NCBI GenBank assembly: GCA_965644315.1
Contig: CBFFRQ010000052.1
Location: forward strand, 186,001 to 250,000
Direction of reading: 5' to 3'
Length of the DNA: 64,000 nt
Origin: Caecitellus pseudoparvulus
Lineage: Eukaryota > Protista > Bigyra: Bicosoecida
This document shows positions 33,050-45,055 of this stretch, one piece after another. A program made the position numbers and the translations under genes. Below the pieces are notes generated by a model, which saw nothing but the letters and a program-made list of their open reading frames with translations, was not told the DNA's origin and did not search any database. Position 1 is the first letter of the stretch, and each line of letters starts with the position of its first letter.

Positions 33050-35365
33050 ATGGCTGCGCCAGAGCAGGCGCCCCAGGCAGAGGAGGGCGTTGAGTTCGAG
33101 TTGGACCTGTCTGCGCTGGTGGACGGGCGGCTGCCGGACCACTTGCTGCAGCAGCTCAGCCAGGGCGCCGATGTGACGTTACCGCCCCAAGCAACGCCAG
33201 GGCCCGGCGATGGCGCACAGGGCCCTACATCACGCCCACCTGGGGACCAAGAACAGAGGACAGACAAAGCAGATGATGGCCAATCGTCTGGCACAGCGTC
33301 AGCGTCCCTGGCAGCTGCAGTGGAGCGCCTGAACCAGCTGTCTGCGCCCACTCGCCACGGAGCAGATGTGCTGCACACAGTGGACGGTGACACGCTGCCC
33401 ACCCGGCGGCAGCCTGCCTCGCCGCCTGCGCCGCACCAAGAAGCGTCTCTGCGACGCAGTGAAGCACACGAAGGCGAGGACACGCCCTCCGACCCGGGCG
33501 CGGCGCTGTGGGCCCGTTCGCAAGGCTGGCAGGCCCGCCGCGAAGCCAAGCTGGCAAGCCTGCGAGCGGCCAAGGAGGAGGCGGAGGCAGCCGAGGTGAA
33601 GGGGGGCTTCCAGCCCCGCCTGGCGCCGGGGACGCGCCGTAGACGAGTGCAGGGCACTGTCCTGGACCGCGTGTACAAGTGGAAGAGCGAGAAGGAGCAG
33701 CGCCTGCACGAGGCGCGGCGGGCGGCCAAGGAGGGCGAGGCGCAGGAGCACCTGACCTTCCACCCAGACACACGCAAGAACAAGGAGACGCTGAAGTGGG
33801 GGCCAGGGCGGGCGCCGCCGCCCAGCACAGACGGCGTGCCTGCCTCCTCCTCGGCGGCCGAGTCCCCGCCTCCGGGGCCGAGTCTGGACGCCGCCCAGCG
33901 CCACGCGCTGCGTGCTCGCCAGCAGTCAGACGTCGAAGCGTGGACTGCTCGCATGCAGAAGGCACGGGAGGTGGCGCAGGAACGCGCCAAGCAGCCTTCC
34001 TTCGGCACCAAGTACACTGGGCGCACCACGGTGCCCAAGCCCTTCAAGCTCTCGGGGGGGCGGCGACGTCGGCAGGGGGGCGGCACGACATCCAGCGGTG
34101 GGCGGCGGGGGGCGGCCCCCAACGGGTACGCCAAGCGAGGCCCAGCCACCTCCATGTCCGCGGTGGACCCTGTCACAGGCAAGGTGCACCGGGACCGGCC
34201 AGGGCCTGGGGCGAGGCACAGTGCCGGCACGTCTGCGCCCAGTTCAGCCCCCGCTCCGCCAGTGGGGGCGGCCTATGCGAAGTACGCGGCAGATGTGGCG
34301 CAGCTGGTGACGTCTCCGTCCCGAGAGGAGTCTAGTGTGGCGTCGGGTGTGGAGCCGGACGCGCCAGGCAAGGGTGTCTCGTTCGCCGGGCCGTCCCAGG
34401 ATGCGACCGGACAGGGCCGGGGCTCGTCCCTCGGCACCTACCCCGCCACGCCACCGCCTGGCCATGGCCTGGCGTGGGGGGTGACCTTTGCACCCCCGCC
34501 CGAGGACTCACCCCCCCCACCACCCCGCACATCAGATGGCCTGCGCCCCCTGCCTCCCGCCCTGGACATCACCTCCCCCGCCGGCGCGACGCCAGGCAAG
34601 GGGCAGGGGCAAGGCGGCTTCGTGCCGACGCGTCGCCACGTCCCCACGCCAGGCGCAGCCATGCCGCCCGATGCAGAGGCTGCCCACATCCAGGCCCTGT
34701 CGGCGGCCGCCGCGGCAGTCTCTGACGCCCCCGAGCCGCCCTCCCCCCCCCACACCAACACCGCCCACGTGACATGGGGCGGCCCCGCAGGCCGCGAGGC
34801 AGTGCAGGTGCACAGGTATGACGGCAGCGGTGCCCCGACGCCGTCTCAAGCCCGCGTGGCGCCTGGACGCCCCGGCGCCACGCCTCGCTACCCTGCAGGC
34901 GCCAGCACAGCCACAGCAGGGCACACACCCTTCGCCGGCACCCACCGGTTGCCAGGGCGGGGGGAGCTGGAGAGCCCGCCTGCTGCCGTGTCCCTGCGGG
35001 CGGCCTTTGACGCTGCCAGCTCCCCCTCCCCACAACCATCCCGCGCACCGCCCCAGCCGGCGCAAGCACCCCCTCCCAGGGTGCAGTGGGAGGCCACCGT
35101 CGCCAGTCCGCCACAGCGCCCAGGCCCTGCTCGGGTGGCGACGCCTGGCGTGGCGCTGTCCACAGCACGGCAGGCGTCTGGGGCGTCGCCCTCCTTCAGC
35201 CTGGACAACCTGACAGCGCAGCTGGCAGCTGTGCGGCAGGAGCTGGAGGCGGAGCGGCAGCGCGCTGCGGACATTCGCAGCATGGCTGAGATGCACGGCA
35301 GCTCGCCTGCCCCACCGCAGCGGGCCGCCCCCCCCACGCCCGCGCCACCCCCTCCGCGCCAGTGA
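33050..35365 (+). CDS. Hypothetical low-complexity protein with charged helical repeats (possible microtubule/ciliary-associated)
   Basis: Two repeats W...R/KE..L...R..K.E.E.....F.P and a TTVPKPFKL motif. Pro/Ala-rich remainder with a C-terminal coiled coil. Confidence 0.55.
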   Translation: MAAPEQAPQAEEGVEFELDLSALVDGRLPDHLLQQLSQGADVTLPPQATPGPGDGAQGPTSRPPGDQEQRTDKADDGQSSGTASASLAAAVERLNQLSAPTRHGADVLHTVDGDTLPTRRQPASPPAPHQEASLRRSEAHEGEDTPSDPGAALWARSQGWQARREAKLASLRAAKEEAEAAEVKGGFQPRLAPGTRRRRVQGTVLDRVYKWKSEKEQRLHEARRAAKEGEAQEHLTFHPDTRKNKETLKWGPGRAPPPSTDGVPASSSAAESPPPGPSLDAAQRHALRARQQSDVEAWTARMQKAREVAQERAKQPSFGTKYTGRTTVPKPFKLSGGRRRRQGGGTTSSGGRRGAAPNGYAKRGPATSMSAVDPVTGKVHRDRPGPGARHSAGTSAPSSAPAPPVGAAYAKYAADVAQLVTSPSREESSVASGVEPDAPGKGVSFAGPSQDATGQGRGSSLGTYPATPPPGHGLAWGVTFAPPPEDSPPPPPRTSDGLRPLPPALDITSPAGATPGKGQGQGGFVPTRRHVPTPGAAMPPDAEAAHIQALSAAAAAVSDAPEPPSPPHTNTAHVTWGGPAGREAVQVHRYDGSGAPTPSQARVAPGRPGATPRYPAGASTATAGHTPFAGTHRLPGRGELESPPAAVSLRAAFDAASSPSPQPSRAPPQPAQAPPPRVQWEATVASPPQRPGPARVATPGVALSTARQASGASPSFSLDNLTAQLAAVRQELEAERQRAADIRSMAEMHGSSPAPPQRAAPPTPAPPPPRQ

Positions 35366-35369
35366 CGAC

Positions 35370-35378
35370 CAATGCATT
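35370..35378. terminator. CAATGCATT between convergent 33050-35365 gene and FERM-WW stops
   Basis: AATGCATT palindrome in a 27-nt gap. Confidence 0.6.
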
Positions 35379-35392
35379 TGTGCGCTGCTCCA

Positions 35393-36960
35393 TCACTCGG
35401 TGGGGGGCTCCCACAGGCTCTCCCCCGTGACTGTGTTGAAGTAGTAGTGCATGCCGTGGTTGTCGTCCCACTCCTTCGTCCAGTTGGGCGGCAGGTCCTC
35501 GTCACCACCGCCGCCACCCGCAGCGGCAGGCTGGGCAGCTGTCTCTGACGGCGCCGCAGCCGCAGCACTTGCTGGCGCGGATTCATCCTCACTGTCTGAG
35601 TCCCCGTCCCAGGCAGCTGCGCGGGCGGCCGACTTGGCCAGGTGCCCTGCGTCGCCCTCCACGTCCGCGTACGCTGCCTCCGACGTGACGATGCTGCCGA
35701 GGGTTTCTGCGTGCTTGGGCTTGGAGGCAGCCACCTTCTTGGCGCGCTGTGTGCCGTCGGCGTTCAGGCCCATCTCCCGCAGCAGGGCCAGGGCGTAGTC
35801 GGTGAGCAGGTCGCTCATGTGCTGGCCCTCACGGGTCTCGAAGGTGAACACAGGGTTCTCTGGCGCGTCGTCCACCTTCAGCTCAAAGTAGAAGTTGACA
35901 CCCGGCTTGTACGCCCAGCGGAAGATGTCTGCCAGCGGGTACTGCGCCAGCGTCTCCATGCTGTCGCTGTCGGTGAAGGACTTGGGGATGCGCAGCAGCA
36001 GGATGCCCTGCCGGGCGATGCCCAGGAAGAGCTTCTTCGGCAGGGCGCGGTCGTAGCGCTGCTTGACGCCGAAGAGGACACAGCCGTAGTAGTCTCGTCG
36101 CGAGACGACGTTCAGGTACGCCTCCATGGGGTTGGCCGTCATGCTGATGGCGTGCTTCTGGTACACCTGCGCCTCGAAGTCGGCCTTGTCGAAGCTGTCT
36201 GCGTCCGTCCACGGCGCAGGCACGTATTCGTGCAGGGTGTTGGTGAGGTAGCCCATCTTGTGCACCGCTGGCTTGTGCTCGCCGAACTTGCTCTGCAGCT
36301 GCAGCGCAGCCAGCTGCACGGCGTCGGAGTAGTTGCACGGGTACGTGCCGGTGATGATGTTGTACACGCCCTGGATGAACAGCAGGCGGATGATGGCGGG
36401 ATCCCCCGAATCCACCAGCGTCTCTGTGAACAACTTGCACTGGAAGACGAACTTGGCGTCCTCGCCGCCATCCCATGCTTCCATGATGGGCAGCACCTGC
36501 AAGCAAGGCCAGCAATGGGAGGGGGTGCCACGCCACGCCATCAAGCACAGCAGGAAGGGGCCAGCAGAGTCTGCACAACACGCACCTCCCGATCGCCCTT
36601 CAGTGCGCGTTCAACTGGGGAAGGGGCAGGGGAGGCATGTGCCGCGCGCGTGGCACGCCAGCGAAACGCTCAGCCCCACGCACTCGTGACACCATCCTGG
36701 CACTCGTGCAAGGAGAAGCACAGGGAGTCATCCATGGGGTCGATGAAGGCCAACTTCTCGGCCATGGTAAGGCAGACATCCTGCAGGGGCGACGGGGTGG
36801 GCAGTGCAGGCAGCTGCAGCCCACGCGCGGCGCCGGGTCAAAGCGCCGCGAAACTCACCTGCACCGTGCTGGTGGGCTCAATCAGCACGGTTTTGTACGA
36901 GTTGTCCAGCAGCCACACCTTGCACACGATCTTCCCTTGCACTGTCTGGATGGCCGCCAT
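35393..36960 (-). CDS. FERM-domain protein with C-terminal WW domain, 4 exons
   Basis: F1 lobe CKVWLLDNSYKTVLI. F2 lobe LFIQGVYNIITGTYPC..AVQLAALQLQ. F3 lobe YYGCVLF..LFLGIARQGILL. WW domain LPPNWTKEWDDNHGMHYYFNTVTGESLWEPP. Confidence 0.88.
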
Positions 36961-37314
36961 GGTGACGTGTCGCAGTTGCCGGCACGTTCGAGGAAAGCAG
37001 CTTACTCCGCTTCAACTATGGTTCTCGGGGCTTGCGGCTGGGAGCAGCGTGGCTGTGCTGTCGTCGTCAGCGGCGCCAGCGACGTTCAATCGTGGCTAGC
37101 TCGATTGCCAATGCCGTCTGTTACTCGGAGGTTGCATTGCCGGGTCGTGTTGTGGCCTTGAGGCCGAGCTGCGGGAGGCTGGACGCTGCGATTCGCTGGG
37201 CCAGGAGTCCTCGTGGTGCGACACACACGCTGCAAAGAGGCCTGCCCAGCCACGGTTGCATGCTGAAGCACGCATCCCGAGTCGCAAGCAGTCCTTGCTC
37301 GCGCGTGTGGGCCG

Positions 37315-37874
37315 TCACTCCCGCTCCAGCACCGCCCCCGCACTGCGCAGGAGGTCGTCCAGGTGTCCCTTCGCAGCAGCCGTGGCAACATCTGACCCGC
37401 CCCCAATGAGCTTGCCACCAATGAAGACCATGGGCACAGTGCGCTGTCCAGTGAGCTGCGTCATGCGTGCCTGGATTTCGCCACCTTCTGCGATGACATC
37501 AGTGCCCACATCACCAGTGGCGTCGCCAGTGCACTCGCGTGGAAAGAAGCGCACGCACTTTGATGCAGGTCCAACTCCAGGAACTTGTAGTGTGCCCCAG
37601 CCGCATCCAGCGTGACCTTGGCCTTTCGGCAGTGCCTGGGGCACGTGTGGCGTGGTGGGCTGCATCAGCTGCTGTGCGAATTCCGCAGCTGATGCACCTA
37701 CGGGCAGTAAGACTTGGAGTACATCATGGCTGGCTCAGCGGAGTGCAGCGCCACGGCATCCTGCACGTCTTCCACATCTCTGGCTAGCGTGCCCGCGCTT
37801 CGGCTCCACTGAACCCTGCGCGCCAGGCTTCGAAACGCGGGCAAGGAAGCCCGGGCAGCTGAAGCGAGTGCCAT
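37315..37874 (-). CDS. Dithiol glutaredoxin (CPHC), probably mitochondrial, 3 exons
   Basis: Spliced YSKSYCP|HCRKAK ... TGQRTVPMVFIGGKLIGGGSD, with an Arg/Ala/Ser-rich presequence. Intron 1 (GTAGGT) interrupts the Pro codon of the active site. Confidence 0.9.
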
Positions 37875-38031
37875 GTTCGACTTTGTGTACGGCGTGGGAG
37901 GGTGCGAGGGAGATTTCAATTCCTACATAAACTTATCGTCTGTGTGCTTTCGTGGGTGCAATTTGTGATCATGGGAATTGGCGCACCGTCCCATGCCTGA
38001 CGCCGGCGGCCCTCCTGCAGTGCCCTGAGCC

Positions 38032-41000
38032 ATGCGGCGCCGGCCATTGCTGGTGCTTGCCTGCCTCGTGGCCACGCTGCACGCCCAAGCCGATGTCGCG
38101 TCAGAGTATGAGGCATTCCCTCTGCACATGTCCCAGCGCTTGTGGGCGCCCCAGCTCATGCCGCTGTTTGCGGCGAAACAGATTGATGCAGGTGAGGAGT
38201 GCCGTCGCACTGCGTGGCAGGCATGCGCTGCACGGGGCACACCGCTGCTGCAGGCACTCTGGAGGTTGGGGCCACTGTGAAGTTTGACCTGAACCTGGGA
38301 CCTGCGCTGAGGCGGTCCCTCTCCATGCGCATGCTGCAAGATGGGGCCCTGTGGCAGCGCGCAGGTCGCCGACTAAGCCAAGGCGGACACTCACTGGCCC
38401 CCGCAACGCGGGTGGTGATGCCTGGCTCGGGCTCCAGCACGCCCACCTGTGGCAGCGCGCCCCGCAGCGCGGCACAGGCTGCAGCATGCCTCCCAGCCCC
38501 CCTCCCCCCTGACGACGACTTGCTCTCGTGGGCCCTGGGCTCGCGCTCCCTCTTCCACTTGCTGGCCTGCTCCGAGGAGGGGTGGAAGGAGATCAAGGCA
38601 GGCGGCACGTTTGCTCCGCCCCTGACCACACTGCGCGTGCCTGTGGAGGGCGCCGACGTGCCCGCCGCGTACCGTGTGGAGTCACTGCGCACTGCATTGG
38701 GCTTTGCGGGGCCGCCGCCCGGCAAGTCTGCCGCCGGCACCCCCCAGCAGGCGGAACGCCCCAGCACGCTGGCTAGCGACGTGGCCACTTCATGGCTGCA
38801 GGGGTTCTGCTTGAATGGCCTGTACCAGGACCTCCCCGCCAGCTGCTCCAGCCGCCCAGTGCACTCCTTGCTGGCATCTGTGGCACCGGCCTCGCCTCCG
38901 CCACCTGGCTGGTACGGGCAGTGCGACGCGATCTTGAGCCAGGCAGCGGAGCAGGCAGTGCAGGTGGGCGCGCTGAATGCTTCCCAGCTGGAGCAGGCCT
39001 GGGCCTGCGCCTCCATGATCCGCGGCTCCTCCACAGTGGCAGTCACGGCGCGGCTGAATGCCACCTGGCAGCTGCCTGCTGGCATGACCACCCTCTCCAT
39101 TGCCACCTGTGAGCTGGCAGGGACGCTGGGCACCCTACCCGCATCCCAGCACTTTGAAGCCGTCGACGAGGAGCCGGGCAGGCGTCTGCAGTCGGGCAGT
39201 GTGCCCTGGCAGGCTGCCGCCCCCGCGTACCCACCCCTGCAGCCCCTCGCCGGCCTGACAGTCACCCTTGGCATTGCCTCGGCGCCGCGAGCGGGGAGCA
39301 GCCTGCCCTTCTTGTCACAAGCACTGCACCCCCTGTTCATGGCGCGCTGTTTCCTGCTGCCGGTGCTGCTGGTATGTCTGGGCGGGCTGCTGGGCGTGGG
39401 GGCCTGCTTCGCCCGCAAGCACTCCTTCGCCAGCGGCATGACCCTGCCCCTCCTCATCACCGCCGCCTTCCTGCCCTATGTCGTGTCCATGGCCATCACC
39501 CTGGGGTCGGCCGTCAACGTGGGCTGGGGTGGCGACGATGCTGCCGGTGCCTCCCTGAAGCATGCTCACGAGGCGTGGGGTGCCTTCCGGGAGCTGTCGC
39601 TGGCCTTCCTGCACCTGCTGGTGCTGGCCCTCGCCCAGGGCTTCGGTTCGCACTCCTTCTCCTGCATACCCACCCTCCTGCCCACCATCCGACAGCACAT
39701 GGGCGTGGCAGCTGCCCTCCGCTGGGCGCTGTGGAGGGGTCGTGCCAGCTTCTGGGCTGTGCTGTATGGGGCCCTCGCCATTACATCTGTCGTGGTGGCC
39801 CCGCGGTGGCTGACTGGGCAGTTGGTGGACGGACAGGGCATCGCGCTGGAGCCACTCCTGTTCAACGAGCAGGCCCCCTTGGCACTGCACGCGACATGGC
39901 CCACCTTGCCGTGGAACGCCTCTTGGGGCCCCGCCGTGCAGGGCGCACAGCACGCAGGGCTCCTGCGCACTGCGCCCAGCGGGCCACCGGCACTCGGCCC
40001 GTGCAATGGCAGCAGCCAGTACGAACCCGTGGCGGCAGGCAGTGCGCATCCTGCTGTCCCGGTGGCCCGCGACCCAGCAGGGGGCAACGCCTTGACGCAC
40101 CTCGCCTCTGCACATGTCAACGACGAGGACTTCCACCTCTTCTGGCACTGGGCCGCGGGGGCTTGCCGCACTCCAGACCTGTCCCGGCCCCTCATGTTCT
40201 CCCTGCTGAACATGACCCTGTTCCCCGCCGCAGCTGCCACCACATTCGTCGTCCTCGCCGTGTCCACGTACATCGCGCTGTCCTCGCGCATCGACAAGCT
40301 GCACGCGGAGGTGTCGGGCGTCGTGGAGCGCATGCGGGCAGCGGCGGCGCGCAGGGGCGGCGGTGGGGCGGGCCGCCAGGGCACCATCCCCACCACCCGC
40401 CACATTGCGCCATGGCTGCCGGCGCACCACATGGGGCAAGCACTGACGACGCTGCGCATCGCATACACGCTGTTCTTCGTCTGCCTCACCTCCAGCTGGA
40501 TGCTGTACTGGTCTGTGGACGTGTCCTTTATGTATCCAGCAGTGCCGCAAATCATCACCGACGCCCTTATCGTGGCTATGGCCCTGGTCATGGCACACAC
40601 CCTGCGCCCTCGCGCCATCCCCCTGCCACCTGCGGTCGTGCGTCTCATCAAGCGACGTGTCCAGGGGCCGGGCATCCCGACGCCGCCGGCGCCCTCCGCA
40701 TCGGCTCCTGTCACCCGCCCAAACACCGTGACGGCACCCCACCTCTCCACTTGCAAGCGCGAGTTGACGGCCCAGCCGCTGGGCGTCTGGCACAGCCTCG
40801 TGCTGCCGCACGCCCTGCTGCAGCGGGCTGGGGAAGGCGACCTGCTGCCAGGCGGGCAAGGCGGCGTGGCTCCAAGCCCCACACTGCGCCTGCCACGTTT
40901 TGCACCGAGCTCGTCCCAAGCGCCTGCTACAGCTGACTCTGAGCAGAGCATGCTGCCCCCCCAAGTGGACATTGGTGACTGCCAGGCCAGCGACAGGGGG

Positions 41001-41747
41001 ACGGGTGCGCCTACGCTGCAGGCTCTGGGTCCCTGTGCTCCGGGCGCCGCGCTGGGCTGGCATGCATGGACACTCGTGCCTGGCCTCGTGCATGAGTCGC
41101 AAGCGCCAGTGTTTTCCAATGCCGTGCCGCCCCCGCATGCCGCCCTGGCTGTGCAGGCACTCGTGCAGGGGCGCTTCCACGACACTGCAGAGGTGCTTAG
41201 TGACGAGGCGTCGGCGGCGGCGTTCCTGAATGCCCTGCGGGGAGGTGCTGCGGGGAACCCTGCTTGGCATTCCCCTGGCCTGCTCAAGGTCACGTGGTAT
41301 GCAGCGCTGCAACTGCCAGGTGCTGAGGGGAAGGGGCTGTCGACTGGGGCGCCCCCCCTCGCACTAGCGCAGGGCACGTCAGCCGTGGCTTCCACTGCCG
41401 TGGAGACTCTGGTGCAGCGGCAGGGGGGTGGGCGCTTGGCCTTCCAAGGGCCGTTTCTGGGCCAGGATCCGCTCACCAGCGCTGTGTGGCCGACCGTGGG
41501 AGAAGCAGGGATGACGGCAGAGCAGCACCGGCAACAGCTGCTGGCTCTGCGCACTATCTTGTCATGGCTCCTGGACGTGCGGCGGATGGAGGGGGCAGGC
41601 GTTGCCAGCGGGGCACAAGTCATGCCACTGCCTCAAACTCTGCAAGACGATGTGGCCGACGGTGGCAGCGTCGCCACCGGGCCCTCGCTCAGCGCCCGAG
41701 CTGTGCATGCCGAGCAGGACACGGCTTTCGTGGCACACCGGACGTGA
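38032..41747 (+). CDS. Signal-peptide, multi-pass membrane protein, possibly GOST (GPR107/108/TMEM87-like) 7TM family
   Basis: Signal peptide MRRRPLLVLACLVATLHAQA and intron 38192-38253. About 7 hydrophobic segments at 39340-40610, with LALAQGFG and a terminal ..TLRP. Long luminal and cytosolic regions. Confidence 0.5.
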
Positions 41748-41890
41748 GGGGGGGCACCGACAACTCACCTGTGGCACAAATTCATCCTTCATGTACTTGT
41801 CTTATCAATGTTTGAGAAAGGTTCGGATTTGCCCAGCCCAGGAGTGGGGAAAGCCAGGAGACGCTGGGGTGCAGCAAGCGATTTCCGCAC

Positions 41891-43793
41891 ATGGCCAAGC
41901 CAGACACGCCATGGTGGACAGTCACGTCCGTGCTGGTGGTCCTGGGCGCTACTTGTTGCTTTAAGGCCCTTACTGCACCGGGCTACCGCAGCACCGACTA
42001 CGAAGTCCACAGGAACTGGCTGGCAATCACGCACAGCCTGCCTGCAAGCCAATGGTACACAGAGGTAGGTGTAGCGGGCAGCCATGCAGCCCCCCTACGC
42101 CTCAGCCTTCGAGCTTCTTCTCCCACAGGAAACCTCCCAATGGACCCTTGACTACCCCCCGCTCTTTGCGTACTTCGAGTGGACGCTGTCTCACATCGCA
42201 GCCCTGGTGGACCCGCAGGCAGTGGCCGTGTCGGCAGGGCCGTACGACAGTCCTGCCTTCCTCTGGTTTCACCGTGCCAGCGTCATGCTGGGCGACTGCT
42301 TGCTTGCCGCGGGAGTGATTGCCTTTTCTCTCTCCTGGGAGGCGCCACCAAATGCGCCCGTGCTCGGGGCTTTCCATTGGCGCGCGTGTCGTGCTGCCGT
42401 GCTGGCCACCTTGACACTGCTGAATCCTGGCCTGTTTCTGGTGGACGGCATGCATTTCCAGTACAACAGCATGCTCCTGGGGCTGCTTTTTTGCGTGCTG
42501 GCAGCGGTGAACGCGAGGCGGGACACCCTGGCAGCTGGCCTCTTCTGCCTCCTGGTCTGCAGCAAGCACCTGTTCCTCGTGCTGGCACCCACGCTCGCAG
42601 TGTACTTCTGGCGACACCACTGCCAGCAGGTGGAAGCACCGACGACGCAAGTCATCGTGCAGGCAGAGGGGCGGGGCGGCCCTGGCAAGCCCAGGCAGAC
42701 GCTGCCAGTGCCAGTGCACCACGCCCCCCGTGGCTGCATCGTGTCCGTTCTGCGCCTGGCAACGCTGGCCGCGCTGGCAGCACTGCTCGTGGCTGCCTCC
42801 CTTGCCCCACTGCTCCTGGACGGTCGCACGTCCTTGGCGTCCCTGCTCCCCCAGATGGCCTCCCGTCTCTTCCCCTTCGGCCGTGGGCTCACCCATGCGT
42901 ACTGGGCGCCCAACATGTGGGCGCTGTACTCCGCCGCAGACTTGGCCCTGGGTGGGGCCATGAAGGTCTGCGCACGACTGTGGCCTGGCGTGTGTACCTG
43001 GGGAGTAGCCAGCGCCTCTGCCACATCAGGCCTGGTGGGACACTCGACCTTCGCCCTGCTGCCAGCGGTGCCTCCCAGCGTGACGGTGCTCCTGACGCTC
43101 GCAGGGCAAGCCCCTGCAGTGGCACACACATGGCGAGCTCCCCACCCCCGCCTGCTGCCTGGTTGCTTGGTGCTGGCCCAGTTCTCCGCCTTCTTGCTGG
43201 GCTGGCACGTGCACGAGAAAGCTGCCCTGTACATGGTGCTGCCCGCGGCAGCCATGGCGCTGAACAGCAGCGGGGAGGCTGGCTGGTGGTTGCTGCTGTC
43301 AGCAGTGGCTGCCCACGCCCAGTTCCCCCTCTTCTTCACACCGCTGGAGGAAGTGACGGCGCCCCTCATCGCTTGGGGCCTGTGGGCTGTCGGCGCCCTG
43401 GCCCTCCTACTCTGGCACTCACACAGGCAGGCCCTCACCGCCGTGCGCCAAGGCTTGCACATTCCAGCCCTGGCTGGTCGCTGGCTGTCAGCGGGCTGCT
43501 TGGGCCTCCTGCCGCTGCAGGGGCTGTACTGGGCCGCACCACTTCTACTGGGCGTGCAGGAGGACGGGGCGCCCCGCCTACCCTTCCTTCGCCTGGCCCT
43601 CACGAGTGTGGCGTGTGCAGTGCTGCTGCTGGGTCTGTGGCTGGGCGCCCTGCGCACCGTGTGGCGGGCGGAGCTGCGGGAGGCGAACTTCGCCTCCGAG
43701 CCCGTCGTGCTGAAGCAGGACAGCGTGCATTCCCCTCACAAACCAGGCACGGGCTCCCACCACAGCGCCTCCTCCGGCCCGCGCTTGCGGTGA
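41891..43793 (+). CDS. ALG8: Dol-P-Glc:Glc1Man9GlcNAc2-PP-Dol alpha-1,3-glucosyltransferase, 2 exons
   Basis: [22 protein letters not shown]|[52 protein letters not shown]. Intron 42065-42128. Confidence 0.95.
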
Positions 43794-44702
43794 ACGAGGC
43801 CCTGCCACAGCTCGTGCTGTGAGCGCACCACCTTGAGCGCGTCCGCCTTGCCGTAGTACTTGCCGCCGTTGGAGAACTCGTTGGGGGGCTTGCCGTCAGG
43901 GATCTTGTAATCCCTGAACCACTCCCGGATGGCGGTCAGGCGCTCCTGCATGGGGTGATCTGCGTTCAGGAAGAGCAAGTCCTCCACCTCGTCCGCCAGG
44001 GGGTCGCTGGCATCCACCACGACGATCTTCCAGTCCAGCTCCCCGCCATCCAGCATGCCCAGGGCGCCCACCACCTTCACCACGTACACGTCGCCAGTCT
44101 TGGGGCTGCGACTGGACAGGTCAATGACGTCGGTGGGGTCGTTGTCCCCGACCGTCCCTGGCACCAGCACGTCTGAGTGGGCCGGGTCCTCCCATGTCTG
44201 CGGCAAGGCGCCGTAGTTCACGAGGCTGCTGGAGTGGTAGAAGCGCAGCTTGCCCTTCTTGGTGTCCTGCTTGATGGGGTTGTGCGCAGCTTCCTTGTTG
44301 ATCTCCATCTTCGCCCGGGTGCCGCGGGGGATCTCGCACACAAAGACGAAGTGGTCCGCCGGCGCCTCCTCACCATGCACGCCGGGTGGGCGCAGCGAGA
44401 TGTCGTGCCAGGGAGAGATGCGCGCAGTGCCGCCTTCGTGGTGGAAGTACAGCCCGTACTCCAAGGACCCCGCCTGGCCATCGGCAGACACGCTCTGTGC
44501 AGCGGGCGACAGTGTGGCGCGTTGGGGCGGCAGCTTGCGCCAGCTGCAGCCTGCCACGCACATATCCGACGGGTTCGAAGGGGAGGGAAGGGTCGGCAGT
44601 GGCCACAAACACCAGCCAGAGCACGAGCAATGTAGTTGTCACTGCAGCAGCCTGCCACAGCCGCTGAGTGGGCACTCCACCAAACGTAGTCTGCTTAGAC
44701 AT
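43736..44702 (-). CDS. Family I inorganic pyrophosphatase with N-terminal hydrophobic signal/anchor, 2 exons
   Basis: ISPWHDI, EIPRGTRAKMEI, NYGALPQTWEDP, GDNDPTDV, GELDWK, YKIPDGKP. Exon 1 (44702-44562) encodes TTLLVLWLVFVATA; intron 44561-44495. Confidence 0.92.
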
Positions 44703-45055
44703 GCCTATCTTGCGTGCGGAAGTTGGCCAGCAGGGCTTGCTATAGCTCCTTGCCCAGAGCTGTTTCCTTGCCCTTTGTCTGCCCCCCAGTGTAGTTGGTG
44801 GTATGGAATATCGAAGTTTGTGTCGTGCATAATTTTCTGATGTGGGCTCACGCCTTGAACTGGCGAAAGAAGTCCGCCACCTGTCTGTGTCTGAGGGGGG
44901 TCACAGCTGGTCCCATTGATGCTGCAGTGCATCCGCCATGACAAACAGACACCCACTGGAAACCCCTACGTTGCATCTGTGATGCATGCGCAGCTCCCTT
45001 GTTCCGCTGCACGTGCCTTGTTGGCCCTGCCAGGACTGTCGTGCGCGCGAGCACC

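Noticed and set aside
37698-37703. Apparent in-frame TAG right after glutaredoxin YCP (possible recoding or pseudogene)
   Set aside because: The TAG is part of a GTAGGT intron donor. Splicing restores CPHC, so no Sec/Pyl or readthrough is needed.
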